64,000 nt of DNA from Spirochaetia bacterium (GTDB lineage Bacteria; Spirochaetota; Spirochaetia; DSM-27196; Salinispiraceae). This document shows positions 1-9,378 of the stretch, piece by piece; within the stretch, counting starts at the first letter, position 1, and each line of letters opens with the position of its first letter. The notes below the pieces were generated by a model, which was given only the letters and a program-made list of their open reading frames with translations, made no database searches and was not told where the DNA came from. A program made the position numbers and the translations under genes. The DNA lies in contig JBBRCZ010000009.1 of assembly GCA_038204425.1 (NCBI GenBank), positions 32,001 to 96,000 of the forward strand, written 5' to 3'.

Positions 1-14
1 TAAAAGGAAAGAAT

Positions 15-2585
15 ATGAACGAACGAGAGATTAGTCTTCTTAAGGGACTTTCAAAAAGTGAGGTTGACGAAAGAGTCAAACAATTTGGATATAACGAATT
101 AAAGGATACGTCGAAACGAAGCATCTTTAAAATAATTCTATTGGTATTCGCCGAGCCGATGTTTTTATTACTGCTTGCCTGTGGCGTCATCTACCTGATA
201 GTTGGTGAGCCCAACGATGCAATTATACTGCTCGGTTTTGTGCTGATCATGATGGTGATTACGGTTGTGCAGGAGGGTAAAACTGAGCGGACGCTTGATT
301 CGTTGCGCCATCTGGCCAGCCCGCGCGCTTTGGTTATACGGGCAGGGGAGCGCACCAGCATCGCCAGTCGCGAACTGGTTCCTGATGATTTGGTGGTGAT
401 AGCCGAGGGAGAACGAATTAGCGCGGATGAATCGCTTTTAAGTGGCGAATCTGTACCAGTGCGCAAGCAAGCAGTTGAAACCATGCAAGACGCCAAGTCA
501 GATATGGTTCGCCCGGGTGGTGAAGATAGTCCGTGTGTGTATGCCGGATAGTTGATTGTTTCCGGTCAGGCGCTGATGTGTGTTAGATCCATTGGTGAGA
601 CTTCGGAAATGGGGCGCATTGGCGCCGCACTTGGATCGGTAAAAGAAGAATCGACCCTTCTTCAGAAAGAAACAGGCCGCATTGTAAAGACAATTTTTAT
701 CATTGCGATAATTTTGTGTACACTTGTTGCGGTTTTATTTGCCTTTACCAGGTCAAATGTCAGCGGCACTCCGGACTGGTTAGGCGGCATCTTGGCAGGA
801 ATTACCTTAGCTATGGCAATTTTGCCCGAAGAATTTCCTGTGGTGCTGACCATCTTCTTGGCATTGGGTGCTTGGCGAATTTCACAAAAGAATCTACTTG
901 CCCGTAAGATGAGCGCCGTAGAAACCTTGGGAGCTGCCACGGTATTGTGTTCCGATAAAACTGGCACTATTACTCAAAATAAAATGAGCATTAAACGGCT
1001 CTGGTTAGAAGGGCAAAGTTGTAGTTTAAGCGATAGAGGTGATTTTATTTTGCCCGAAAACTATCATTCGCTAATAGAATGGGGAATCCTTGCTAGTCGC
1101 AAGGACCCATTTGATCCGATGGAAAAAGCGTTTGCTAGTCTTATTGAGAAAAAAGTTTTGGAGCAAGATCATGTGCATACTAGTTGGGACATAATCAAGG
1201 AGTACCCACTTAGCAAGGAGTTTTTAAGCGTCAGTAGTGTCTGGAAAACCAGCACAGGGGATCTAATGTTAGTCGCAGTAAAAGGTGCGCCTGAGACCGT
1301 GATGGATTTGTGTCATTTGCCCAAAGAAAGACTCGATCAAATTGGTGCTGAAGTTACCAAAATGGCCAGTGCTGGTTTGCGCGTTTTGGCTGTCGCAAAC
1401 GGAAAGACCGCCACGCAATCACGACTCCCAGAAAGCCAGCACGACTTTGATTTTGACTTTTGTGGTCTGGTAGGCCTCGAGGATCCGATCCGACCCGCTG
1501 TGCCAGCAGCCATCAGGCTGGCTAGTGAGGCTGGTATTCGCGTGGTGATGATCACCGGTGACTATCCGCAGACAGCCGCAAATATTGCTCGACAGATTGG
1601 GCTTGCAAACCCCGACATAGTCATTAGTGGCGCCGGTCTAGAAGCTATGGACGCGGAACAATTAGCTATAAAAATACGAGACTGTAACGTCTTTGCCCGT
1701 GTAAAACCAGAACAGAAAATGGCCTTAGTGCAGGCATTTAGAAGCAACGGCGAAGTGGTTGCCATGACCGGGGATGGAGTAAATGATGCACCCGCTCTCA
1801 AAGCAGCTCACATTGGCATTGCCATGGGGCAGCGCGGCACCGATGTTGCCCGTGAAGCCTCAAGTCTGGTACTTTTAAATGATGATTTTTCGTCGATTGT
1901 AGATGCTGTTCGCACCGGTAGACGGATTTTTGACAACTTAAAAAAGGCCATGGCATATATGTGAGCGTGCATATCCCAATCGCCGGCTTGTCTTTGTTGC
2001 CGGTTTTATTTGGCTGGAAAGAATCTATTTTGCTGCCAGTGCATATTGTGTTTCTGGAACTGATTATTGACCCGGCCTGCAGCATTGTTTTTGAAGGTCA
2101 GAGTGAAGAAAAAAATCTGATGCTGCGTCCGCCTCGCAAGACGACAGAGTCCCTTTTTGGCAGAAAAACATTGATCTTGAGTCTGCTTCAAGGTTTGGTA
2201 GGGCTTGGCTGTGTTGTTTTGGCCTACTTCCTGGCGTCATATGCTGGACTTGATTATCTCCAATCTTGCTCTAATTCTTTCTAACCGCTCTTGGTCGAAT
2301 GGCCTGATTTCGTCCTTTAAACAACCAAACCCGTCCGTACCATGGATAGTAGGTGGCGCAGCGCTTTTCTTGGTGTTCATAACAACCCTGCCATTCCTGC
2401 GCGGTTTGTTTCGCTCCTCGGCCATAACATGGCTCTGGGTGGCTATCCCGATTGGACTTGGGCTGTTTTCGGTGGCATGGTTTGAACTTCTAAAATGGAT
2501 TATGCGTACAAGAGGACTTTCTTTGTTGCAAAGGGGACTGACCCCAAAAATTTTAACGAATATAAAAAGAAACTTGAAAAAATAA
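15..2585 (+). pseudogene. Cation-transporting P-type ATPase (Ca2+/type II-like), disrupted
   Basis: PEEFP, DKTGT, TGD and GDGVNDAPAL motifs are split over 4 ORFs. There is an in-frame TAG at 549-551 (YAG*LIVSG), frameshifts near 1960 and 2250, and an apparent in-frame deletion at ISAD/ESLL. Confidence 0.9.
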
Positions 2586-3057
2586 TACCGAACTTCTAAA
2601 GATAGATTATCTCGTTTTAACCCATGCGCATGATGATCAAGCGGGGTTTCTCAATCAATTTATAGCGTCTGCCTTTGTGAAAATGATGGGGCTTTTTGGG
2701 AAGGCTAAACGTCTGTATCCTGCTCTCGAAGTATTGAATAATAAGATACTGTTTGATGGTCACAATCAGCCGTTGCTGGCAAAAAATATTCCTGGTAAAT
2801 TAGTACAATTACTAGACCATACCACACATTCAATCGGTACAATAATAGACGGCAAAGCATCGTTTTGTGGCTATGATACGATGAATGGATTTCCAAGTAT
2901 TAATCGGAATATCATTTGGATCGAAAATCTTTCAGAATACAAAGAATCTCGGGATGTTATGATACAAGATCAGGCCGAGATGGTGTATCCAAGACATGGA
3001 GAATCTTTGCGTAAAGATGAACCAAAAAAATACAAAAACGAATTAAGAAAAAACTAA
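2560..3057 (+). pseudogene. MBL-fold metallo-hydrolase remnant
   Basis: In frame with ORF 2677-3057, the upstream sequence reads KIDYLVLTHAHDDQAGF (degenerate HxHxDH). Later DHTTHSIG and VYPRHG are degenerate versions of GHT..S and PGHG. No proper 5' end. Confidence 0.6.
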
Positions 3058-3093
3058 AAGTTATAAAATTAAAGGAACCAAGATTCAACTAGC

Positions 3094-3385
3094 TTATAAT
3101 TCTGCCACATTGGATTGGCTAAAATCATTGCCTTTGAATAACAATGCCTGATTGCTGACTTTAGAAAGCGCGCAACTGACGCAATCACCTATATTTAATG
3201 CTGCACAGGATGGCCACCTTTTCCTTAGCGGCGCCAGGCATCGAGTGCGACTTCGGCTTGCGAACTATCAAAGCCCATAAGTTCAATGTTGGCGTTGCTT
3301 ATCAGTGTAGAATGGCCCTTTGATCCAGCCGACCCATGCGTGCTTCAATGACCATTGCGCTTTCTAAAAAGCTAAATGTGCTCAA
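3094..3385 (-). pseudogene. vapC: VapC (PIN) toxin remnant
   Basis: Manual translation gives SFLESAMVIEARMG / NIELMGFDSSQAEVALDAWRR*GKGGHP / ALNIGDCVSCALSKVSNQALLFKGNDFSQSNV, matching the VapC signature, with stops and frameshifts. Confidence 0.85.
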
Positions 3386-3388
3386 GTG

Positions 3389-3487
3389 TTAGGTCATCAA
3401 GCTGCTGTTGGTTATGCTATAGCCACCTTTGAGAGAAATTTTGCGCGCCAACTGTTCAACCGCGCTACAACGCAGTCCCAAAGCCAT
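3389..3487 (-). pseudogene. vapB: VapB antitoxin (Rv0623-like) N-terminal remnant
   Basis: GGAGG RBS at 3493-3497, then MALGLRCSAVEQLARKISLKGGYSIT, resembling MALxIKxxExxxLARELAxxxGESIT. It lies directly upstream of the VapC remnant. Confidence 0.65.
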
Positions 3488-3514
3488 AGGAACCTCCGTA
3501 TACGCGATGTTTTG

Positions 3515-3544
3515 TTGATTTAGTCCATAGCTTAGTCGTACTGT
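3515..3544 (+). promoter_or_regulatory. Putative leaderless promoter of the TA operon with TTAGTC direct repeats
   Basis: TTGATT-18-TACTGT, ATG 6 nt after the -10, no RBS. TTAGTC occurs at 3520 and 3532. Confidence 0.45.
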
Positions 3545-3550
3545 TGACAA

Positions 3551-3778
3551 ATGCAAATAAACATACATGAGGCAAAGACCCATTTTTCGAATTTGATTGA
3601 ACGAGCCATGGAAAGCGAAGAAATAGTTATTGCAAGAAATGGGCACCCTTTGCTCAAGTTTACTCCTTGTGTGCCCTTGCCAAAGAAAAGACTTAAAGGT
3701 TTATCAGCAGCTGGTGGCTCAATAAGTTCAGATTTTGATGCACCATTAACTGACAATGTGTTGAGAGAATTTGAGTAA
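3551..3778 (+). CDS. Type II TA antitoxin, Phd/YefM family
   Basis: MQINIHEAKTHFSNLIERAMESEEIVIARNGHP; stop overlaps the toxin start (TAATG). Confidence 0.9.
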   Translation: MQINIHEAKTHFSNLIERAMESEEIVIARNGHPLLKFTPCVPLPKKRLKGLSAAGGSISSDFDAPLTDNVLREFE

Positions 3779-4107
3779 TGAAACTACTACTCGATACACA
3801 TACATTTTTATGGTGGGCTCTTGAGCCAGAAAAATTACCAGAAAGAGTCTGTGGTGTACTCGAAGATCCTGCAAATCAGATATTTTTTAGCACTGTTTCG
3901 TCTTGGGAAGCACAAATAAAGCTGGGTCTTGGAAAATTGCTTCTGAAAGTTAGTCTTCAAAGCATTATAATGCGAGAAATAGAACAAAATGGATGGGATG
4001 TACTGCCGGTAACTCTATCACATACGTGGGCTCTATCTAATCTGGAACCACTGCACAAAGATCCACTTATTCAGGCCTATCAAAATGTTGATTGGTTTTG
4101 GGGATGA
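3778..4107 (+). CDS. vapC: PIN-domain VapC toxin, probably with an internal deletion
   Basis: LLLDTHTFLW, SSWE and HKDP motifs present; the FDRxLIAQA segment is missing. Confidence 0.8.
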   Translation: MKLLLDTHTFLWWALEPEKLPERVCGVLEDPANQIFFSTVSSWEAQIKLGLGKLLLKVSLQSIIMREIEQNGWDVLPVTLSHTWALSNLEPLHKDPLIQAYQNVDWFWG

Positions 4108-4251
4108 TCGAAAGGGCACTTGCATTATTGAAATCTTCAAAGGGTATGTTTCAAAGTCACTGATTTTACTTCACTGATCCACTTATTATTTTTTTTAGAA
4201 TAGAATTAAAATCCACCTCTAATCGGTAGTAGAAAGTGGAGGATCCATTCT

Positions 4252-5190
4252 ATGCCACATTCGCCACTGACTGAAGATCGGGTTTTTCGCTTTGTTTTTG
4301 GGCAACCCGAGGGTTTGCCATTGCTGGAAAGCATGATCAACGCCTTCTTTGAAGCAGCTGGGATCCAAAAAGTACACCAACTGGAACTCATGACCAGTGA
4401 AGTTTATCCAGAACAAAATGACGATAAACTGCCAATCCTTGATGTAGTCGCAAGGGACGAAAGCGGACGCACTGTCAACGTCGAGATTCAGACAGCCAGT
4501 AAAAGTTCCCATTTTGAACGTAGCTTATTTTATTGGGCCCGCTTGTATAGCAAGCAATTGTCAAAGGGCGAGGAGTACACGGAGTTGCGGCCAGTATATT
4601 CTCTTAACTTATTAGAATACGAGATATCTAAAACTGCTCAATGGTTGCATTACTTTAGATTACCCCATACTGATCATATGGGCTTTGTTTTTGTGGAGCT
4701 TAAAAAATTGCTTAAGACAATGGGACCTGATCCAAGTAAATGGAAGGTCCACAAAAAACACTTGCACAATGCCATTTTTTGGGGCACCTTTATTGAGAAG
4801 CCTGAACAAGAACTGGCTCAAAAGCCAAATGAATTGACACCAATCCTTGTTCAAACCAGAAAGCGTATGGAGGGTTTTATGGCATTAACCGCAGAAGCAT
4901 ATCGCGAAATTCGGCGAGACATTATTGAGCATGATATTGCCCAACTCAAACATGACGCCCGCAAAGAGGGGCTGGCGGAAGGAAAAGCGGAAGGAAAAGC
5001 GGAAGGAAAAGCGGAAGGAAAAGCGGAAGGAAAAGCGGAAGGAAAAGCGGAAGGAAAAGCGGAAGGTATTGCTGAGGGACACATCAAATCCAAAGCCGAG
5101 AAGCTATCCATCGCCAAAAAACTCTTGGCAGAAGGCCTTAGCCCGCAAAAAGTTGCAACAATAACGGGCTTAAAAGAATCCCAGATCTAA
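4252..5190 (+). CDS. Rpn family recombination-promoting nuclease / PD-(D/E)XK putative transposase
   Basis: DRVFRFVFG, LDVVARDESGRTVNVEIQ, RSLFYWARLY; EGKA repeats; C-terminal IAKKLLAEGLSPQKVATITGL. Confidence 0.9.
   Translation: MPHSPLTEDRVFRFVFGQPEGLPLLESMINAFFEAAGIQKVHQLELMTSEVYPEQNDDKLPILDVVARDESGRTVNVEIQTASKSSHFERSLFYWARLYSKQLSKGEEYTELRPVYSLNLLEYEISKTAQWLHYFRLPHTDHMGFVFVELKKLLKTMGPDPSKWKVHKKHLHNAIFWGTFIEKPEQELAQKPNELTPILVQTRKRMEGFMALTAEAYREIRRDIIEHDIAQLKHDARKEGLAEGKAEGKAEGKAEGKAEGKAEGKAEGKAEGIAEGHIKSKAEKLSIAKKLLAEGLSPQKVATITGLKESQI
4981..5064 (+). repeat. 7 perfect copies of 12-bp GGAAAAGCGGAA (GKAE)
   Basis: Counted directly in the sequence. Confidence 0.95.
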
Positions 5191-5588
5191 TCCCTTAGCT
5201 TAGAGCCACGCTGTGTCAATATATTTGTCATGGAGAATGTCTCAGAGCATAACAGTGGGCACATCTAGCTTTATATTCTTGACCTGATAGGGGCTTTTTC
5301 GAAATAATTTTTTCTGGTTTGAAACCACTATACGAAGATACCATTGCTGAATTCCATGCCAGAGTGTCTTGGTTTTGGGACAAAAACTGCCCAAACTAAC
5401 GCGCGTTGTTCCCAGCATTTCAGATCGCACTATTTTTGAACATAATGCTTGGACAGTCAGCTTGCAGATCATACCTAAGACCATAGACCAACTTTAGCAA
5501 TTGATTTTTGGCCCTTGACAGGCATATCGGCTTGAATTAGCGTTATGAGTGACGAGCGGTATTGTAGATTTTCCTGAGGAGGAATTGG

Positions 5589-5963
5589 ATAAAAAAATTA
5601 GTAATTTTGGGTTTGTTTTTGGTTCTTGGCGCAATATCTTTGAGTGCCCAAGCCTTCGACTTCACTTTAGTGAACAAAACTGGATACGCTATCCAGCAGG
5701 TGTTTTGCTCACCGACTGGTGCAGACGATTGGGGCGATGACGTTCTGGGCGAAGACATTTTGAAGAACAAAGAAAGTGTAGAGATCACATTTGATGCGTT
5801 GTACGAGATCCTGCTTTTAGCTTTCGACGTTGATAAGTATGACATTATGGTGGTCTATGAAGATGATTCTACCGATGAATGGGCTAACATTAAACTTGAA
5901 GAAATAAGTGAATTGACCCTTGCATTGGACCGAAGAGGCAACGGAGTCGCCACATTCAAATAG
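5589..5963 (+). CDS. Small secreted acidic hypothetical protein
   Basis: Signal peptide (M)KKLVILGLFLVLGAISLSAQA, then FDFTLVNKTGYAIQQVFCSP..DDWGDDVLG. RBS GAGGAGG precedes an ATA codon at 5589; the ORF track starts at TTG 5607. Confidence 0.75.
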   Translation: MKKLVILGLFLVLGAISLSAQAFDFTLVNKTGYAIQQVFCSPTGADDWGDDVLGEDILKNKESVEITFDALYEILLLAFDVDKYDIMVVYEDDSTDEWANIKLEEISELTLALDRRGNGVATFK

Positions 5964-6019
5964 TGGCAAGCAGTGCCACATTTAAACAATGGCAAGCAGT
6001 GCCACATTTAAACAATGGC
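5949..6019. repeat. ~2.7 tandem copies of a 26-bp unit GCCACATT(C/T)AAA(TAG/CAA)TGGCAAGCAGT
   Basis: Units start at 5949, 5975 and 6001; each has an internal GCCA...TGGC inverted symmetry. Confidence 0.9.
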
Positions 6020-6142
6020 GTTCAGACCCCCCTGTGTATGTGCATGGTAACCCACCCCATCAAGGGGGGGGGCTTATTGTTGCTCAAATAATGGTCATAT
6101 TTGTCTTCTTGCTATACAACTTCCGCGCTTTTGTATCACACT

Positions 6143-7138
6143 ATGCCTATGGATTTAAGAGTTAAACTATCAATCATGGTATCTTGCCTATTTTTGGCGT
6201 TGTTTGGCTTTGGTGTGCAAGGCCTAAGTGCACTCGACCAAGCAGAAGCAGTCACCGAGTTCAAGGAAATTTGGGCCTACGTCGTAAATACCGACCCCAA
6301 TGCCTACGATCCCAAACTTCCTATCACCGATCTGGCGTACTTTTGTGTTGGGCTCAATTCGCGAGCCAAGTTGGGTAGTTTGCCGGATTTTTCCGCAGTC
6401 AAACAAAGCAAGGTTCGTCGTCACTTGGTAATTGCAGAAACTGGCAACTATAGTGTTATTCATTTTGCTTTGTCGCCCGAGTTTCCGATGCGTTCACAAC
6501 TTCTGGATGATTTGGAAAAGGCAGCTTTGCTATTTGACGGCATCCAAATCGATTTTGAAACCGTACTGAGAGCTGATAAAGAAATTTTTTTGAGTTTTCT
6601 CCAAGATCTTAAAAGGCGTTTGCCAAATAAAATAGTTTCCGTAGCTTTGCCAGCTAGGCAATCAAAAACTGATGAGTTTTTTGACTATAGCCAAATAGCA
6701 CAAGTGGTCGACCGAATCATAGTTATGGCTTATGACCAACACTGGTCTGGCAGTAGTCCTGGCCCAATTGCATCACTGGATTGGGGTGCTAAAGTGGCCG
6801 AGTTTACCATAAAAAGCATAGGTCTAAACAAAGCCGTAATGGGTGTACCTTTTTACGGAAGGGTTTGGGCTGATCAATCTTTGGCAAAAGCCTACGGTTT
6901 TGCCAAATTGAGTGAACTTGTTGGGCGCTTTAAGGCGATTGTGCGCCAAGATGTAAACGGTGTCCCCAGCTTCACTTTTAGTGAAACTATCCGCTATACA
7001 GCCTATTTTGAAGATAAAAAGTCGCTGCAACTTAAAATGCTTCTTTACAAACAAATGAGATTTTCCATGGTTGGCTTTTGGCGACTTGGACTGGAAGATA
7101 CATCATTCTGGCAACTAGTAAAGACTCCAACACAGTAG
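6143..7138 (+). CDS. Glycoside hydrolase family 18 (chitinase-like), exported
   Basis: FDGIQIDFE catalytic motif, VMAYDQHW, MGVPFYG, GFWRLG; N-terminal signal peptide. Confidence 0.85.
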   Translation: MPMDLRVKLSIMVSCLFLALFGFGVQGLSALDQAEAVTEFKEIWAYVVNTDPNAYDPKLPITDLAYFCVGLNSRAKLGSLPDFSAVKQSKVRRHLVIAETGNYSVIHFALSPEFPMRSQLLDDLEKAALLFDGIQIDFETVLRADKEIFLSFLQDLKRRLPNKIVSVALPARQSKTDEFFDYSQIAQVVDRIIVMAYDQHWSGSSPGPIASLDWGAKVAEFTIKSIGLNKAVMGVPFYGRVWADQSLAKAYGFAKLSELVGRFKAIVRQDVNGVPSFTFSETIRYTAYFEDKKSLQLKMLLYKQMRFSMVGFWRLGLEDTSFWQLVKTPTQ

Positions 7139-7240
7139 CCGGACTGTGTTGGCTGCTGCGGCCCTGCGTTGCAAATTTAAGTCGAACAAGCGCACGCGAT
7201 TTTCTGCGTCTATTCTGAAAACGGCACCCGCGTCGTCTCA

Positions 7241-7498
7241 TCAGGATTCCTGCTCACGCTTGCCCGGATTGTCGGCGACCACGATCAAAGAAATATGGTC
7301 GCCTTGCCTGACTTCGTCGAACGCACGGTTATAGACAATAGGCGTCTCGATGGCGTACTCGCTCTTACCAAGGTCGGTGGCGAGCGCACGTTGCGCTTCT
7401 GCAAGCCATGGAAGAGCTGCCGTCCACGCAGCCACGCGGGCCTTAAATTCACAACGTATCAGTGAGAATCGTTCGAACGAAGTCTGCTTCGCTGCCAC
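7241..7498 (-). pseudogene. Fragment of a uracil-DNA-glycosylase-like protein
   Basis: ETPIVYN...LIVVADNPGKREQ resembles the UDG-fold GxxPGxxE motif and is truncated right after it. Confidence 0.35.
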
Positions 7499-8151
7499 GA
7501 CTAGCTTGGTACTATTTCCAAGCGTCTACATGTTTCAAAAATTCCAAAGCTATCGAGTTTGAACTATTGGGCCGATTTCCTCTAAGGTTCCATGAAAATA
7601 TAGCCATAGGATTGTCCTTGCCATCATGAATAATAATGTCTACTGATTTTAGAATAACGCGTAGGGCCCAAGTACTAAAAGCAGCAGTTACGCTGTACTC
7701 AATTGATTGAAAAACTTCTTGGTTTAAAGTCGATTTTTCGGCGTGAGGTACTCTGGTTACCTTGTATCCCCCCCTAGTGATCAGTTCCTTGTATAGATCT
7801 TGTCCTATTCCTCTATCACCTTCTTTTTAGTATAGATGAACTGGCTGCGACTTATCCAAGCCAATCTCTGACTTAGTTTGAAATTCAATTGAATTGTTAC
7901 CCGTCGACGCGCAGTTGAGCAAACTGAATACCATATACAAAACCGAGACGATGATTGCTCCACTTTTGGTTGGTCTTTTAGTCATTAATTTCTTCTTTTT
8001 CCTCAAATTAAACCATCCGGGGCAATACAACCCTTTGCCCATAAAGAATAGCACGAAATCATGCTAATGCATAAATATAGAAAGTGCAAGTTGTGGCAAG
8101 TTCAAAACAAAAATTCCGTTTTGCGCCATAGATTGCACTTGCAAACAGTTA

Positions 8152-9378
8152 CTATCCCCATCGTTTAAGAATTATTGAAGTATTGATTCCGCCAAAAGCA
8201 AAATTATTACACATAGCATACTCGGTATCCAAAGTGTAGCCTTTGCCCGTTAGGTAGTCCAAATCACCGCACGCCGGATCGAGATTGTTAAGGTTGAGGT
8301 TGGGTGCAAACCACTTTTGCTTCATCATGTTGATGGTAAACCAAGTTTCTAAGGCGCCACAGGCACCAAGCGTGTGACCAATATAACTTTTTTGGCTACT
8401 GATAGGTACTCTACGACTAAAACATGCACGAGTTGCTTGGGTTTCGGCAACGTCACCATGGGTAGTTGCCGTTCCATGTGCATTAACATAACCGATGGCA
8501 TCAGGCGAAAGCTGCGCACTTTGTAGAGCCAATTCCATGGATATTTGCATGGTAGCCTTGTTGGGTTGAGTAACATGACTACCGTCAGTATTGGTACCAA
8601 ATCCGACGATTTCCATAAGAATAGTTGCACCGCGGGCTTTGGCATGTTGGAGTTCTTCCAGTATCAGCGTACCCGCGCCTTCACCAATTACCAAACCGTC
8701 CCGGTCCCGATCAAAAGCGGCAGGGCTTAGCTTGGGGCTGTCATTTTTGGTGCTGGTGGCAAATAAGGTATCAAAAACAGCTGCCCCAGTAACGTTGAGT
8801 TCTTCTGCTCCACCGCAAATCATCACATCTTGCTGACCATTCGCAATGGCTTCGTAGCCAAGGCCAATCGACAAACTGCCGGCAGTACATGCTGTATTTG
8901 TGGTAAGTAGGCGACCAGTTAAACCAAAAAAGATCCCAATATTGACCGCGCACGTTTGTGGCATTGAGCGAATATAGGTCGTAGCATTAAGCCCCTTGGA
9001 CTCAGTATTGTTTAAGACCGAGAAAAACTCCATACTGGCATCTACACTGCCGGCTGATGAACCATAAGCAATCCCATGGCGACCTTTGGTAATGACCGGA
9101 TCATCCGCCAAGCCTGACATCTGTAGCGCCATATCGGCGCTATTTACAGCCATCAAGGCAACTCGTCCCATTCCTCTTATTTTTTTTCGTGGATAATTTG
9201 GCTCATTCCAATTGCTTATTGGGGCACCCAGTCTAGTGTTTACTTTTGGGTACTTTTCCCATTCTTTCATCGTGACTACTTTATTCTCGCAGGTGCGCAA
9301 TGAAAGTTCGGTTTCTGTCCAATCGATGCCTAATGCGCTAATCCCAGCACCACCAGTTATCACTACTCTTCGCTTCAT
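8152..9378 (-). CDS. Beta-ketoacyl-ACP synthase (ApeR-like)
   Basis: TACTAG active-site Cys, NAHGTAT, GHTLGA, NNFAFGG. Confidence 0.92.
   Translation of the reverse strand: MKRRVVITGGAGISALGIDWTETELSLRTCENKVVTMKEWEKYPKVNTRLGAPISNWNEPNYPRKKIRGMGRVALMAVNSADMALQMSGLADDPVITKGRHGIAYGSSAGSVDASMEFFSVLNNTESKGLNATTYIRSMPQTCAVNIGIFFGLTGRLLTTNTACTAGSLSIGLGYEAIANGQQDVMICGGAEELNVTGAAVFDTLFATSTKNDSPKLSPAAFDRDRDGLVIGEGAGTLILEELQHAKARGATILMEIVGFGTNTDGSHVTQPNKATMQISMELALQSAQLSPDAIGYVNAHGTATTHGDVAETQATRACFSRRVPISSQKSYIGHTLGACGALETWFTINMMKQKWFAPNLNLNNLDPACGDLDYLTGKGYTLDTEYAMCNNFAFGGINTSIILKRWG

Noticed and set aside
549..551. In-frame TAG in the ATPase as possible pyrrolysine or stop-codon recoding
   Set aside because: The same gene has frameshifts and deletions, and TAG is an ordinary stop for many intact genes here.
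4851..5164. ORFs with FPSA, FRFS and KEKR repeats
   Set aside because: Alternate-frame shadows of the GKAE repeat in the Rpn gene.
4252..5190. Rpn gene as an IS element
   Set aside because: No terminal inverted repeats or target duplications were seen, and Rpn proteins are not demonstrated transposases.
5242..5484. 80-aa minus-strand ORF
   Set aside because: No motif or RBS recognised.
5949..6019. 26-bp repeats as a mini CRISPR array
   Set aside because: The units are contiguous with no unique spacers, and there are no cas genes.
6064..6072. G9 tract as a phase-variable promoter element for GH18
   Set aside because: It can pair with the adjacent C-rich tract as a terminator-like stem, and I could not place it between -35 and -10 boxes.
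6143..7138. GH18 as the missing PelA substitute
   Set aside because: It is 24 kb from the pel genes, and GH18 acts on beta-GlcNAc linkages, not alpha-1,4-GalNAc.
7827..8054. 75-aa ORF with a lipobox-like LLNC
   Set aside because: No clear start, RBS or family signature; may be a fragment, but it cannot be supported.
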